Positions 19,652 through 29,962 of a DNA stretch of 54,159 nucleotides are shown here, piece after piece (within the stretch, counting starts at the first letter, position 1; every line of letters starts with the position of its first letter). The translations under genes and the position numbers were made by a program. The stretch covers positions 1 through 54,159 of the forward strand of contig CACWZK010000001.1 of assembly GCA_902765365.1 (NCBI GenBank), read 5' to 3'. Below the pieces are notes generated by a model that was given only the letters and a program-made list of their open reading frames with translations, ran no database searches and had not been told where the DNA came from. The DNA comes from an uncultured Lachnospiraceae bacterium. GTDB taxonomy: Bacteria > Bacillota > Clostridia > Lachnospirales > Lachnospiraceae.

Positions 19652-20110
19652 ATGGATAACAACAATCAGAATTACAACAATTATTATTACGGAGAGGCAA
19701 ATACTTACGAGGTTGTTACAAAAAAGAAAAACGTATGCGGTATTCTTTCGTTTGTTTTCGGCCTTGTTGCTTTGGGAATCGTTTTAATTTCCTGCTGTGG
19801 CATTTCACTCGCTGTAATTCCGTATATCGGATGGTTTTTCGGAATTATCATGCAATTCGGTAATTTCCTAATTATACCGTCAGCTCTGGCAGGTGTTATT
19901 TTAGGTATCATCGGAGTAACCAGAAAGAACTGCTCAAAAGGCCTGGCAGTTGCGGGACTTATAATCAGCGCCCTCGTGCTGCTGTTCTATATAATAATGC
20001 TTGTACTTGTTATAGTAACCATAATTCTTGCGGGCCTCGGTGTGGCAACAACGGGTGTATTTGCGGTTATTATGGAATATATAAACCAGATGCAGAATTA
20101 TACGTACTAA
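19652..20110 (+). CDS. DUF4190-like membrane protein
   Basis: GILSFVFGL...SCC...GVILGIIG...KGLAVAGLIIS; resembles the upstream gene. Confidence 0.7.
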   Translation: MDNNNQNYNNYYYGEANTYEVVTKKKNVCGILSFVFGLVALGIVLISCCGISLAVIPYIGWFFGIIMQFGNFLIIPSALAGVILGIIGVTRKNCSKGLAVAGLIISALVLLFYIIMLVLVIVTIILAGLGVATTGVFAVIMEYINQMQNYTY

Positions 20111-20126
20111 AATCTTTTATACAAAA

Positions 20127-20203
20127 TGATACAGGGGGACGGGGGTGTTGTGTCATTTTTGGTTTGCCCAAAAATGACACAACACCCCCGTCCCCTTATG
20201 TCA
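20127..20203. repeat. Perfect 28-bp GC-rich inverted repeat (REP-doublet-like)
   Basis: GGGGACGGGGGTGTTGTGTCATTTTTGG (20135-20162), 5-nt loop, exact reverse complement (20168-20195). Confidence 0.85.
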
Positions 20204-20310
20204 CTCAGTTTACTCATAAATACAGCACACTATATATAGAAGCTTTACAACTAAAACTTGTGGAATGCTTTCGTGTGTAGAAATTTCTTGAAAATTTTTG
20301 TAAAAAATGC

Positions 20311-20339
20311 TTGAAATTGAATAAGTTATTTGATAATAT
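20311..20339 (+). promoter_or_regulatory. S10 operon promoter
   Basis: TTGAAA-17 nt-TAATAT with TG extension. Confidence 0.7.
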
Positions 20340-20345
20340 AGCATT

Positions 20346-20560
20346 TGCTGTGACATTGATAGCAATGAAGTGTAAGGTTGCTGCGGACACCGCAGGTTTT
20401 TACACGGAGCGAATGTCAAGTCGAGATACTGACGACAAGTCACTGTACAAACATTATAGTCTGCTTAATGCAGAAACGACGTGTGGTCGTTTATTTTTTA
20501 GAAAAAGGCACGACACACACGGGAGAGTGTACAGTCGCCGCTTGTTGTACTTGAATCTTA
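20346..20560 (+). ncRNA. Structured S10-operon leader (S10-Clostridia-like)
   Basis: TGACATT...AATGTCA closing stem around a CTGCGG/CCGCAG hairpin, and ACGACAAG..TGTAC / GTACA..CTTGTTGT pairing, in a ~250-nt leader. Confidence 0.7.
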
Positions 20561-20590
20561 AAGTACAAAATATGAGAGGAGACTTTTTTT

Positions 20591-20902
20591 ATGGCAAATC
20601 AAGTAATGAGAATCACACTTAAGGCTTACGAGCATCAGACAGTTGATGCATCAGCAGCCAAGATTATCGACACTTGCAAGAAAAATGGAGCAAAGGTAAG
20701 CGGACCCGTTCCCCTTCCTACTAAAAAGGAAATCGTAACAATCATCCGTGCCGTACACAAGTACAAAGACTCCAGAGAGCAGTTTGAACAGAGAACTCAC
20801 AAGAGACTTATCGATGTTCATGAGCCCAACCAGAAAGTTATAGACGCTATGCAGAAGCTCGAAATGCCCGCAGGCGTTTATATCAATATTAAAATGATCT
20901 AA
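20591..20902 (+). CDS. rpsJ: 30S ribosomal protein S10
   Basis: [18 protein letters not shown]. Confidence 0.98.
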   Translation: MANQVMRITLKAYEHQTVDASAAKIIDTCKKNGAKVSGPVPLPTKKEIVTIIRAVHKYKDSREQFEQRTHKRLIDVHEPNQKVIDAMQKLEMPAGVYINIKMI

Positions 20903-21026
20903 TCGGTTAAAACCCAAGCCGCAGATCAAATCGTTACATTATTAATAAGGAAAAACAAATGACTTCCACAACTAGTATGCATCCTTTACGGATACCGCTG
21001 TAGTGGAATCAAAAGGAGGTCAAAAA

Positions 21027-21710
21027 ATGAAAAAGGCTATTTTAGCTACCAAAGTCGGAATGACTCAGATCTTCGCTGAAGACGGCACACTCATTCCGGT
21101 AACAGTTCTCCAGGCAGGTCCTTGCGTAGTTACTCAGGTAAAGACCGTTGAGAACGACGGATACGAAGCAGTTCAGGTAGGTTTCGTAGACAAGAAAGAC
21201 AAAATCATCAACAAAGACGCTAAGGGCAAAAAGGAAATCATCCATGCTAACGGCACAACAAAGGCTATGCAGGGACATTTCAAGAAAGCCGGAACAACAA
21301 GCAAGCGTTTTGTCAGAGAGTTTAAGTTCGAGAATGCTTCCGAATACGCTCTTGCTCAGGAAATCAAAGCAGACATCTTCGCTGAAGGCGACAAGATCGA
21401 TGCAACAGCTATTACCAAGGGTAAAGGCTTCCAGGGCGCTATCAAGAGACTCGGCCAGCACAGAGGACCCATGAAGCACGGTTCAAAGTTCCATCGTCAT
21501 CAGGGTTCAAACGGCGCATGTTCTTCACCCAGCCGTGTATTTAAGGGCAAAGGTATGCCCGGTCAGATGGGTGGCAAGAAGGCTACAGTAAGAAATCTTG
21601 AAGTTGTCAGAGTTGACGCTGATAAGAACTTACTTTTAATCAAGGGCGCTGTACCCGGACCCAAGAAAGCCATGGTTACTATTAAAGAAACAACCAAGGC
21701 TGAAGCTTAA
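21027..21710 (+). CDS. rplC: 50S ribosomal protein L3
   Basis: [21 protein letters not shown]; start after AGGAGG. Confidence 0.98.
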   Translation: MKKAILATKVGMTQIFAEDGTLIPVTVLQAGPCVVTQVKTVENDGYEAVQVGFVDKKDKIINKDAKGKKEIIHANGTTKAMQGHFKKAGTTSKRFVREFKFENASEYALAQEIKADIFAEGDKIDATAITKGKGFQGAIKRLGQHRGPMKHGSKFHRHQGSNGACSSPSRVFKGKGMPGQMGGKKATVRNLEVVRVDADKNLLLIKGAVPGPKKAMVTIKETTKAEA

Positions 21711-21733
21711 TCGGACGAAAGGAGGAAACACAG

Positions 21734-22354
21734 ATGGCTCAGGTATCTGTTTACAATATGGAAGGCAAGGAAGTCGGAAAGATGGATTTGCTCGATGATA
21801 TTTTCGGTATCGAAGTAAATGAACATTTAGTACACATGGCTGTTGTTCAGCACCTTGCAAATTTGAGACAGGGCACACAGAAAGCTAAAACACGTTCGGA
21901 GGTATCCGGCGGCGGTGCAAAGCCCTGGAGACAGAAAGGAACCGGTCACGCAAGACAGGGTTCGACAAGATCTCCTCAGTGGAGACACGGCGGCGTGGTA
22001 TTCGCACCCGTACCCAGAGATTACTCATTCAAACTTAATAAGAAGGAAAAGAGAATTGCTCTTAAGTCCGCTCTTACAAACAAGGTAACCGAAGGAAAGC
22101 TTATGGTTATCGACGAAATCAAGTTTGATGAAATCAAGACAAAGAAGTTCGCAGAGTTCTTAAACAACATCAAGGCTGAGAAGGCTTTGGTTGTTATCAA
22201 AGAGAACGATGCCAATACGATTTTATCCGCAAGAAACATCGCAAACGCAAATACAACAGTAGCAGAAAACATCAATGTTTATGACATTATGAACGCTAAG
22301 ACACTTGTACTTGCCAAGGATGCGGTAGAAAAGATTCAGGAGGTATACGCATAA
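21734..22354 (+). CDS. rplD: 50S ribosomal protein L4
   Basis: KPWRQKGTGHARQGS. Confidence 0.98.
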   Translation: MAQVSVYNMEGKEVGKMDLLDDIFGIEVNEHLVHMAVVQHLANLRQGTQKAKTRSEVSGGGAKPWRQKGTGHARQGSTRSPQWRHGGVVFAPVPRDYSFKLNKKEKRIALKSALTNKVTEGKLMVIDEIKFDEIKTKKFAEFLNNIKAEKALVVIKENDANTILSARNIANANTTVAENINVYDIMNAKTLVLAKDAVEKIQEVYA

Positions 22355-22653
22355 TGGCAGATCTTAAATATTATGACGTTATTTTAAAGCCGGTTGTTAC
22401 TGAAAAGAGTATGTCCGGTATGGGCGACAAGAAGTATACCTTCTTAGTAAATCCCGATGCTACCAAGAATCAGATTAAAGACGCTGTTGAGAAAATGTTT
22501 CCCGGCACAGAGGTAGCAAGTGTAAACACAATGAATTGCAACGGCAAAAACAAGAGACGTGGCAATGTATATGGCAAGACTGCCGAGACAAAGAAAGCTA
22601 TCGTTAAGCTTACCGAAGGCAGCAAGGATATCGAGATCTTCTCAGGTATCTAA
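22354..22653 (+). CDS. rplW: 50S ribosomal protein L23
   Basis: PVVTEKS, KKAIVKL. Confidence 0.97.
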   Translation: MADLKYYDVILKPVVTEKSMSGMGDKKYTFLVNPDATKNQIKDAVEKMFPGTEVASVNTMNCNGKNKRRGNVYGKTAETKKAIVKLTEGSKDIEIFSGI

Positions 22654-22712
22654 TACGCCAATCTATATGCAATGAAGCATGATAATAAATAACAGTAAAG
22701 GAGAACAAAGAA

Positions 22713-23555
22713 ATGGGAATTAAGACATACAATCCCTATACACCCTCCAGAAGAAACATGACTGGCTCTGACTTCTCTGAAATTACCAAGAAGACACCCG
22801 AGAAATCACTCTGTGTCGCAATGGAGAAGACAGCAGGACGTAACAATCAGGGTAAGATAACAGTTAGACACCATGGCGGCGGAGCCAAGAAGAAATACAG
22901 AATCGTAGACTTCAAGAGAAATAAAGACGGTATTCCCGCAAAGGTAATCGGAATCGAATACGATCCCAACAGAACAGCAAACATCGCACTTATCTGCTAC
23001 GCAGACGGCGAGAAAGCTTATATAATCGCACCCGAAGGCTTAAAGGACGGAATGAAAGTCATGAACGGACCCGATGCCGAAGTTAGAATCGGCAACTGCT
23101 TACCGCTTGACAAGATTCCCGTAGGTACTCAGGTACACAACATTGAGCTTTTACCCGGCAAGGGCGGCCAGATGGTTCGTTCAGCCGGCAACAGTGCACA
23201 GCTCATGGCTAAGGAAGGTAAGTACGCAACACTTCGTCTTCCTTCAGGCGAAATGAGAATGGTACCTATCATGTGCAGAGCAACAGTAGGTATCGTAGGT
23301 AACGTTGATCACAACCTTATCAATATCGGTAAGGCAGGACGTAAGCGTCACATGGGCATCCGCCCTACAGTACGTGGTTCTGTAATGAACCCCAACGACC
23401 ATCCTCATGGTGGTGGTGAAGGTAAGTGTAGTATCGGTCGTCCCGGTCCTTGCACACCTTGGGGCAAACCGGCTTTGGGCTTGAAGACAAGAAAGAAAAA
23501 CAAGCAGTCTAACAAGCTCATCGTAAGAAGAAGAGACGGACGCGCATTAAAGTAA
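22713..23555 (+). CDS. rplB: 50S ribosomal protein L2
   Basis: [21 protein letters not shown]. Confidence 0.98.
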   Translation: MGIKTYNPYTPSRRNMTGSDFSEITKKTPEKSLCVAMEKTAGRNNQGKITVRHHGGGAKKKYRIVDFKRNKDGIPAKVIGIEYDPNRTANIALICYADGEKAYIIAPEGLKDGMKVMNGPDAEVRIGNCLPLDKIPVGTQVHNIELLPGKGGQMVRSAGNSAQLMAKEGKYATLRLPSGEMRMVPIMCRATVGIVGNVDHNLINIGKAGRKRHMGIRPTVRGSVMNPNDHPHGGGEGKCSIGRPGPCTPWGKPALGLKTRKKNKQSNKLIVRRRDGRALK

Positions 23556-23580
23556 GCGCAGATTGATAAGGAGGAAAATA

Positions 23581-23862
23581 ATGGCAAGATCATTAAAAAA
23601 AGGACCCTTTGCTGATGCAAGCCTTTTAAAGAAGGTTGATGCAATGAATGCAGCGGGTAATAAATCAGTAATCAAGACCTGGTCACGTCGTTCTACAATC
23701 TTTCCCGCATTCGTCGGACATACATTTGCAGTTCATGACGGCAGAAAGCATGTTCCCGTATATGTAACGGAAGATATGGTTGGCCACAAGCTCGGTGAGT
23801 TCGTAGCAACAAGAACATACAGAGGCCACGGTAAAGACGAAAAGAAATCTAAATCTAAGTAA
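23581..23862 (+). CDS. rpsS: 30S ribosomal protein S19
   Basis: [25 protein letters not shown]. Confidence 0.98.
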   Translation: MARSLKKGPFADASLLKKVDAMNAAGNKSVIKTWSRRSTIFPAFVGHTFAVHDGRKHVPVYVTEDMVGHKLGEFVATRTYRGHGKDEKKSKSK

Positions 23863-23880
23863 GGAAGGAGGTTTTAATCC

Positions 23881-24273
23881 ATGGAAGAAACAAAAAGCAG
23901 ATCACAATACAAGAGAGAGCGTAATAAAGAGAACAGGGAGACAAGACCTTCGGCAAAGTTATCTTACGCAAGAGTATCGGTACAGAAGGCTTGCTTCGTA
24001 CTTGACGCCATCAGAGGCAAAGATGTTAATACGGCTTTGGCTATTCTGGAGTACAATCCCAGATATGCATCAAGCATTATCAAAAAGCTTTTACTTAGTG
24101 CTATCGCCAATGCCGAAAACAACAACGGCATGAATCCCGAGAAGCTTTACATCGAAGAATGTTATGCAAATAAGGGACCCACAATGAAGAGAATCAGACC
24201 CAGAGCACAGGGCAGAGCTTACAGAATCGAAAAGAGAATGAGCCACATTACCATCGTGCTCAATGAAAGATAG
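23881..24273 (+). CDS. rplV: 50S ribosomal protein L22
   Basis: [20 protein letters not shown]. Confidence 0.97.
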   Translation: MEETKSRSQYKRERNKENRETRPSAKLSYARVSVQKACFVLDAIRGKDVNTALAILEYNPRYASSIIKKLLLSAIANAENNNGMNPEKLYIEECYANKGPTMKRIRPRAQGRAYRIEKRMSHITIVLNER

Positions 24274-24283
24274 GAGGAACAGT

Positions 24284-24940
24284 ATGGGACAGAAAGTTAA
24301 TCCTCATGGTATAAGAGTAGGCGTTATCAAGGACTGGGGTTCCATGTGGTACGCAGATGCTGATTTCGCTGATTGCCTTGTTGAAGATTACAACATCAGA
24401 AAATATTTAAAGAAGAAACTCTATACATCCGGTGTCAGCAAGATTGATATCGAAAGAGCTTCCAATAAAGTTAAAGTTACCGTTTATACTTCCAAGCCCG
24501 GTCTTGTTATCGGTAAAGGCGGCGCTGATATCGAAAACACAAAGAAAGAGTTAAAGAAACTCACAGGCAAGAATGTAAACGTTGACATCAAAGAGATTAA
24601 GAGACCCGAGAAGGAGTCACAGCTTGTTGCAGAAAACATCGCTAAGCAGCTCGAAGACCGTGTTGCTTACAGAAGAGCAATGAAGCAGGCTATGACAAGA
24701 ACCATGAAGTCGGGAGTTTACGGTATCAAAGTTCAGCTTTCCGGCCGTTTGGGCGGTGCTGATATGGCTCGTACTGAGACAATTAGTGACGGTACTATTC
24801 CTCTTCAGACATTACGTGCCGATATCGATTACGGTTTCGCTGAGGCAGACACAACCTACGGCAAAGTTGGCGTAAAGGTTTGGATCTACAAGGGCGAAGT
24901 TCTCCCCGTAAAAGAAAATAAAGAAGGGAGTGCAAAATAA
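24284..24940 (+). CDS. rpsC: 30S ribosomal protein S3
   Basis: [29 protein letters not shown]. Confidence 0.98.
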   Translation: MGQKVNPHGIRVGVIKDWGSMWYADADFADCLVEDYNIRKYLKKKLYTSGVSKIDIERASNKVKVTVYTSKPGLVIGKGGADIENTKKELKKLTGKNVNVDIKEIKRPEKESQLVAENIAKQLEDRVAYRRAMKQAMTRTMKSGVYGIKVQLSGRLGGADMARTETISDGTIPLQTLRADIDYGFAEADTTYGKVGVKVWIYKGEVLPVKENKEGSAK

Positions 24941-25368
24941 TGTTATTACCTAAGAGAGTTAAACATCGTAAGCAGTTCCGTGGAAGTATGAAGGGTAAAG
25001 CTCTTTCGGGCAACCAGATTACTTACGGTGAGTATGGTATAGTAGCAACAGAACCCTGCTGGATTAAGTCAAACCAGATCGAAGCAGCCCGTGTTGCAAT
25101 GACCCGTTACATTAAGCGTGGTGGTCAGGTATGGATTAAGATTTTCCCTGACAAGCCTGTTACAACAAAGCCTTTAGGTACCCGTATGGGATCCGGTAAA
25201 GGTTCTGTAGAATATTGGGTAGCAGTAGTTAAGCCCGGCAGAGTAATGTTCGAAATTGCCGGTGTTTCGGAAGAGGTAGCAAAAGAAGCACTTCGTCTTG
25301 CTACACATAAACTTCCTTGCAAGTGCAAGATTGTTTCTAAGGCAGAATTGGAAGGAGGAGACAATTAA
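24940..25368 (+). CDS. rplP: 50S ribosomal protein L16
   Basis: [18 protein letters not shown]. Confidence 0.98.
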   Translation: MLLPKRVKHRKQFRGSMKGKALSGNQITYGEYGIVATEPCWIKSNQIEAARVAMTRYIKRGGQVWIKIFPDKPVTTKPLGTRMGSGKGSVEYWVAVVKPGRVMFEIAGVSEEVAKEALRLATHKLPCKCKIVSKAELEGGDN

Positions 25369-25580
25369 TGAAAAGTAATACATATGTTAATGATTTAATG
25401 AAGAAGTCCTCCGCTGATTTAGAGAAGGCTTTGGTAGATGCGAAGAAAGAACTTTTCAATTTGAGATTCCAGAATGCAACCAACCAGCTTGACAACACTG
25501 CAAGAATCAGAGAGGTTCGTAAGAACATCGCTAGAATTCAGACAGTACTTACAGTTAAGAAGAACGAAGTTAACGCATAA
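25368..25580 (+). CDS. rpmC: 50S ribosomal protein L29
   Basis: [17 protein letters not shown]. Confidence 0.97.
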   Translation: MKSNTYVNDLMKKSSADLEKALVDAKKELFNLRFQNATNQLDNTARIREVRKNIARIQTVLTVKKNEVNA

Positions 25581-25609
25581 GGAAGACGATTGAGAAAGGA
25601 GAAATCGCT

Positions 25610-25864
25610 GTGGAAAGAAATTTAAGAAAAGTGCGTATAGGTAAAGTAATCAGCAATAAGATGGATAAGACTATCGTTGTAGCTGTGGAAAACCATGTAA
25701 AGCACCCTCTCTACGGAAAAATCGTAAAGAGAACATATAAGCTTAAAGCACATGACGAAAACAATGTTTGCCAGATCGGCGACAAAGTTAAGGTTGCAGA
25801 GACAAGACCCCTGTCAAAGGATAAAAGATGGAGACTTGTTGAGGTTGTAGAAAAGGTTAAATAA
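25610..25864 (+). CDS. rpsQ: 30S ribosomal protein S17
   Basis: [21 protein letters not shown]. Confidence 0.98.
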   Translation: MERNLRKVRIGKVISNKMDKTIVVAVENHVKHPLYGKIVKRTYKLKAHDENNVCQIGDKVKVAETRPLSKDKRWRLVEVVEKVK

Positions 25865-25876
25865 GGAGATAAGAGC

Positions 25877-26245
25877 ATGGTTCAACAGGAAACTAGGTTG
25901 AAAGTTGCCGACAATACAGGTGCCAAGGAACTCCTTTGCATCCGCGTAGTAGGCGGCTCAACAAGAAGATATGCCAACATTGGCGACGTCATCATTGCCA
26001 GCGTTAAGGATGCTACTCCCGGCGGCGTTGTAAAGAAAGGTGATGTAGTTAAGGCCGTTGTTGTTCGTACCGTAAAAGGTGCAAGACGTAAAGACGGTTC
26101 TTACATTAGATTTGACGAAAATGCTGCAGTTATCATTAAAGACGACAAGACTCCCAGAGGAACTCGTATTTTTGGACCTGTAGCCAGAGAGCTTCGTGAG
26201 AAACAGTACATGAAGATTGTTTCCCTTGCTCCCGAAGTATTATAA
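25877..26245 (+). CDS. rplN: 50S ribosomal protein L14
   Basis: [20 protein letters not shown]. Confidence 0.98.
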   Translation: MVQQETRLKVADNTGAKELLCIRVVGGSTRRYANIGDVIIASVKDATPGGVVKKGDVVKAVVVRTVKGARRKDGSYIRFDENAAVIIKDDKTPRGTRIFGPVARELREKQYMKIVSLAPEVL

Positions 26246-26259
26246 GGAGGTGCCCGACT

Positions 26260-26583
26260 ATGATGAAGATTAAGAAGGGTGATACAGTTAAGGTTATCGC
26301 CGGTAGCTCAAAGGGCAAAGAAGCTAAGGTTATAAGCGTAGATACCGACAAGAAGAAAGTAGTTGTTGAAGGCGTTAATGTTGTTACAAAGCATTCAAAA
26401 CCCTCAGCAGGCAACCCCAACGGCGGTATCATCACAAAGGAAGCCCCCATTGACATCTCAAACGTAATGCTTGTAGAAGGCGGCAAGGCAACCAGAGTCG
26501 GCTTCAAAGTTACAAAAGATGAAAACGGCAAAGTGGTTAAGAAGGAACGTTTCGCGAAGAAGACCGGAAACGTAATTAAATAA
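26260..26583 (+). CDS. rplX: 50S ribosomal protein L24
   Basis: [20 protein letters not shown]. Confidence 0.97.
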   Translation: MMKIKKGDTVKVIAGSSKGKEAKVISVDTDKKKVVVEGVNVVTKHSKPSAGNPNGGIITKEAPIDISNVMLVEGGKATRVGFKVTKDENGKVVKKERFAKKTGNVIK

Positions 26584-26609
26584 TTATTTATGAAAGGAGG
26601 TCTAGATTC

Positions 26610-27149
26610 GTGAGTAGACTGAAAGATCAATATAAGAATGAAATTATAGATGCAATGCAGAAGAAATTCGGCTACAAGAACATCATGGAAGTTCCCAAGC
26701 TTGACAAGATCGTAATCAACATGGGTGTCGGCGAAGCTAAAGAAAACGCTAAGGCACTTGAGTCTGCTGTCAGAGATTTGGAAATCATTTCCGGACAGAA
26801 GGCAGTTCTTACAAAGGCTAAGAATTCAATCGCTAACTTTAAGATCAGAGAAGGTCAGAACATCGGTTGCAAGGTTACCCTTCGTGGTGACAAGATGTAT
26901 GAGTTCCTTGATCGTCTCGTAAATCTTGCATTGCCCCGTGTACGTGACTTCAGAGGTGTAAATCCCAATGCTTTTGACGGCAGAGGTAATTATGCTCTTG
27001 GTATTAAAGAGCAGCTTATCTTCCCTGAAATCGAGTACGATAAGGTTGATAAGGTAAGAGGTATGGATGTTATCTTCGTAACAACAGCTAAAACTGACGA
27101 AGAAGCAAGAGAGTTATTAAGACTCTTCAACATGCCCTTCGCTAAATAG
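26610..27149 (+). CDS. rplE: 50S ribosomal protein L5
   Basis: [25 protein letters not shown]. Confidence 0.98.
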   Translation: MSRLKDQYKNEIIDAMQKKFGYKNIMEVPKLDKIVINMGVGEAKENAKALESAVRDLEIISGQKAVLTKAKNSIANFKIREGQNIGCKVTLRGDKMYEFLDRLVNLALPRVRDFRGVNPNAFDGRGNYALGIKEQLIFPEIEYDKVDKVRGMDVIFVTTAKTDEEARELLRLFNMPFAK

Positions 27150-27182
27150 TATCGTTGTCTTTTATTTAAGGAGGTATATTTC

Positions 27183-27368
27183 ATGGCTAAAACAGCAATG
27201 AAGATTAAGCAATCACGCCAGCAGAAATTCGGTGTAAGAGAATACAACCGTTGCAGAATCTGCGGACGTCCTCATGCATACTTGAGAAAATACGGTATCT
27301 GCCGTATCTGCTTCAGAGAGTTGGCATACAAGGGCGAAATTCCCGGCGTTAAGAAAGCAAGCTGGTAA
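27183..27368 (+). CDS. rpsN: 30S ribosomal protein S14, zinc-binding type
   Basis: RCRICGR...CRICFRE, 61 aa. Confidence 0.97.
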   Translation: MAKTAMKIKQSRQQKFGVREYNRCRICGRPHAYLRKYGICRICFRELAYKGEIPGVKKASW

Positions 27369-27395
27369 GATAAAAATATATAAGGAGGCACAACA

Positions 27396-27797
27396 ATGAC
27401 AATGAGCGATCCTATTGCAGATATGCTTACAAGAATCCGTAATGCAAACTCTGCAAAACATGATACGGTAGAAGTTTCCTCTTCAAAGATGAAATTGGCG
27501 ATTGCTAAGATTTTATTAGATGAAGGATACATCAGATCCTACGAATTAGTTGATGATGGCAATTTCAAGAATATAAAGATTACTTTAAAATACGGTGCAG
27601 ACAAAAACGACAAAGTTATCTCCGGTATTAAAAGAATCTCCAAACCCGGTCTTCGCGTTTACGCAAGCAAGGATGAGTTACCCAGAGTACTCGGTGGTTT
27701 GGGCGTTGCTATCATTTCAACAAACCAGGGCGTTATCACAGATAAGGAAGCCAGAAAATTACAGGTTGGCGGCGAAGTATTAGCATTTGTATGGTAG
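27396..27797 (+). CDS. rpsH: 30S ribosomal protein S8
   Basis: [21 protein letters not shown]. Confidence 0.98.
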   Translation: MTMSDPIADMLTRIRNANSAKHDTVEVSSSKMKLAIAKILLDEGYIRSYELVDDGNFKNIKITLKYGADKNDKVISGIKRISKPGLRVYASKDELPRVLGGLGVAIISTNQGVITDKEARKLQVGGEVLAFVW

Positions 27798-27825
27798 TCG
27801 TTAGAATAATTAAGGAGGTACGGGC

Positions 27826-28377
27826 ATGTCACGTATAGGAAGAATGCCAATCGCAATTCCCGCAGGTGTTACTGTGGATGTTGCAGAAAATAATAAAGTG
27901 ACTGTAAAAGGTCCCAAGGGTGAATTAACAAGAGTTTTACCCTCTGAGATGGAAATCAAGGTTGAAGGTGCTGAAGTTTTGGTATCAAGACCTAACGATT
28001 TAAAGAAAATGAAATCCCTTCACGGATTAACAAGAACACTTATCAACAACATGGTTGTAGGTGTTACTGAAGGTTATGTAAAGAAACTTGAAGTAAACGG
28101 TGTAGGTTACAAGGCTCAGAAGGCCGGCAAGAAACTTACATTGTCTCTCGGATATTCACATCCGGTTGAAATGGAAGATCCCGAAGGTATCGAGACAAGC
28201 GTTGAGCAGGCAGGTAGTGCTACTGTAATCCTTGTTAAAGGTATCGATAAAGAAAAAGTCGGACAATTCGCCGCAGAGATCAGGGATAAGAGAAGACCTG
28301 AGCCTTACAAGGGCAAGGGAATCAAGTATGCTGACGAAGTAATCAGACGTAAAGTCGGTAAGACCGGTAAGAAATAA
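27826..28377 (+). CDS. rplF: 50S ribosomal protein L6
   Basis: [14 protein letters not shown]. Confidence 0.98.
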   Translation: MSRIGRMPIAIPAGVTVDVAENNKVTVKGPKGELTRVLPSEMEIKVEGAEVLVSRPNDLKKMKSLHGLTRTLINNMVVGVTEGYVKKLEVNGVGYKAQKAGKKLTLSLGYSHPVEMEDPEGIETSVEQAGSATVILVKGIDKEKVGQFAAEIRDKRRPEPYKGKGIKYADEVIRRKVGKTGKK

Positions 28378-28397
28378 GAGATAAGGAGAGTATAAAA

Positions 28398-28766
28398 ATG
28401 GTTAGTAAGACATCCAGACAGGAAGTACGTGCTGAGAAGCACAGAAGAATTCGTAGCCGTTTAAGCGGAACTGCTGACAGACCCCGTTTGGCAGTATTCA
28501 GAAGCAATGATCATATGTATGCTCAAATTATCGACGATACGGTTGGAAACACAATTGTGGCAGCTTCTACTCTTGACAAAGACGTAAAAGCAGAGCTTAC
28601 AAAGACCAACAACGTTGAAGCAGCAGCATATTTAGGAACAGTAATTGCTAAGAAAGCATTAGACAAAGGTATTAAAGAAGTTGTCTTTGATCGTGGCGGT
28701 TATATATATCAAGGTAAAGTCGCAGCTCTCGCTGAAGCAGCTAGAGAAGCCGGCTTGGAATTTTAG
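28398..28766 (+). CDS. rplR: 50S ribosomal protein L18
   Basis: [18 protein letters not shown]. Confidence 0.98.
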   Translation: MVSKTSRQEVRAEKHRRIRSRLSGTADRPRLAVFRSNDHMYAQIIDDTVGNTIVAASTLDKDVKAELTKTNNVEAAAYLGTVIAKKALDKGIKEVVFDRGGYIYQGKVAALAEAAREAGLEF

Positions 28767-28783
28767 GAAGGGGAGGATTTGCA

Positions 28784-29296
28784 ATGGTACGCAATATTAT
28801 TAACCCTGCTGAGTTAGGTGAATTATTTAGTGATACAATCGCTATTAAAAGAGTCAGCAAGACTACAAAGGGTGGTCGTGTAATGAGCATCGCAGCACTC
28901 GTAGTTGTTGGTGATAAGAACGGTCATGTTGGTGTCGGCACAGGTAAGGCCAAAGAAAACGGCGAAGCAATCCGTAAGGCAACTGATGATGCTAAGAAGC
29001 ATCTCGTATCCATTTGTCTTGATGAGAACGCATCCGTAACACATGATTATATCGGCAAATACTCTTCGGCAAGCATTCTTTTAAAGAGAGCTCCCGAAGG
29101 TACTGGTATCATTGCCGGAGGTCCCGCACGTAAGGTGTGTGAACTCGCAGGCATCAGAAACATCCGTACAAAGTCATTGGGTTCAAACAATAAAACAAAT
29201 GTAGCACTTGCAACAATCGAAGGATTAAGCAAACTTAAGAGTCCCGAAGATGTTGCCAGAAATCGTGGTAAGTCGGTAGAAGGCATTCGTGCTTAA
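28784..29296 (+). CDS. rpsE: 30S ribosomal protein S5 (divergent)
   Basis: KGGR, ALVVVGD, GTGIIAGG; position between rplR and rpmD. Confidence 0.97.
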   Translation: MVRNIINPAELGELFSDTIAIKRVSKTTKGGRVMSIAALVVVGDKNGHVGVGTGKAKENGEAIRKATDDAKKHLVSICLDENASVTHDYIGKYSSASILLKRAPEGTGIIAGGPARKVCELAGIRNIRTKSLGSNNKTNVALATIEGLSKLKSPEDVARNRGKSVEGIRA

Positions 29297-29321
29297 ACCG
29301 CGGTTAGGAAAGGAGACCAAA

Positions 29322-29507
29322 ATGGCAGACAAAATGTTAAAAATCACATTGGTTAAGTCCCCTATAGGTGCTGTTCCCAAACACAGAAAGACCGTAGAAG
29401 CAATGGGTTTAAGAAAGCTTAACAAGACTGTTCTTTTACCTGACAATGCAGCAACTAGAGGACAGATTCAGCAGATCGGATACCTTCTTAAGGTTGAAGA
29501 GGCATAG
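29322..29507 (+). CDS. rpmD: 50S ribosomal protein L30
   Basis: [15 protein letters not shown]. Confidence 0.96.
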   Translation: MADKMLKITLVKSPIGAVPKHRKTVEAMGLRKLNKTVLLPDNAATRGQIQQIGYLLKVEEA

Positions 29508-29521
29508 AAAGGAGAGTCGCA

Positions 29522-29962
29522 ATGGAATTATCTAATTTAAGACCTGCGGAAGGCTCAAAGCACAGTGATAATTTTAGAAGAGGACGCGGCCACGGTTCAG
29601 GAAACGGCAAGACTGCCGGCAAGGGACACAAGGGACAGAAAGCTCGTTCCGGAGCACCCAGAATCGGTTTCGAAGGTGGTCAGATGCCTTTATACAGACG
29701 TATTCCCAAGAGAGGATTTACGAACAGAAATACAAAGGAGATCATTTCAATCAATGTATCGGCACTTGAGAGATTCGAAGACGGTACTGTTGTAACAGTT
29801 GAAAAGCTTCTTGAAGAAGGTGTAATCAGCAAAGCAGCAGACGGTGTAAAGATTCTCGGAAACGGTGAAATTTCCAAGAAATTAACGGTACAGGTTAACG
29901 CTTTCAGCGAGACAGCTAAAGCAAAGATTGAAGCAGCAGGCGGCAGCGCAGAGGTGATCTAG
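29522..29962 (+). CDS. rplO: 50S ribosomal protein L15
   Basis: [22 protein letters not shown]. Confidence 0.98.
   Translation: MELSNLRPAEGSKHSDNFRRGRGHGSGNGKTAGKGHKGQKARSGAPRIGFEGGQMPLYRRIPKRGFTNRNTKEIISINVSALERFEDGTVVTVEKLLEEGVISKAADGVKILGNGEISKKLTVQVNAFSETAKAKIEAAGGSAEVI

Noticed and set aside
20134-20145. G-quadruplex at GGGGGACGGGGG
   Set aside because: Only two G-runs, and the perfect hairpin explains the sequence better.
20210-20622. ORFs 20311-20622 (+) and 20210-20443 (-)
   Set aside because: They overlap the S10 promoter and structured leader, lack an RBS and have no recognisable protein features.
21180-21270. uL3 insertion (also the bL17 insertion and uL22 N-terminal extension) as novelties
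   Set aside because: I recognise these as typical Lachnospiraceae features; useful for taxonomy only.
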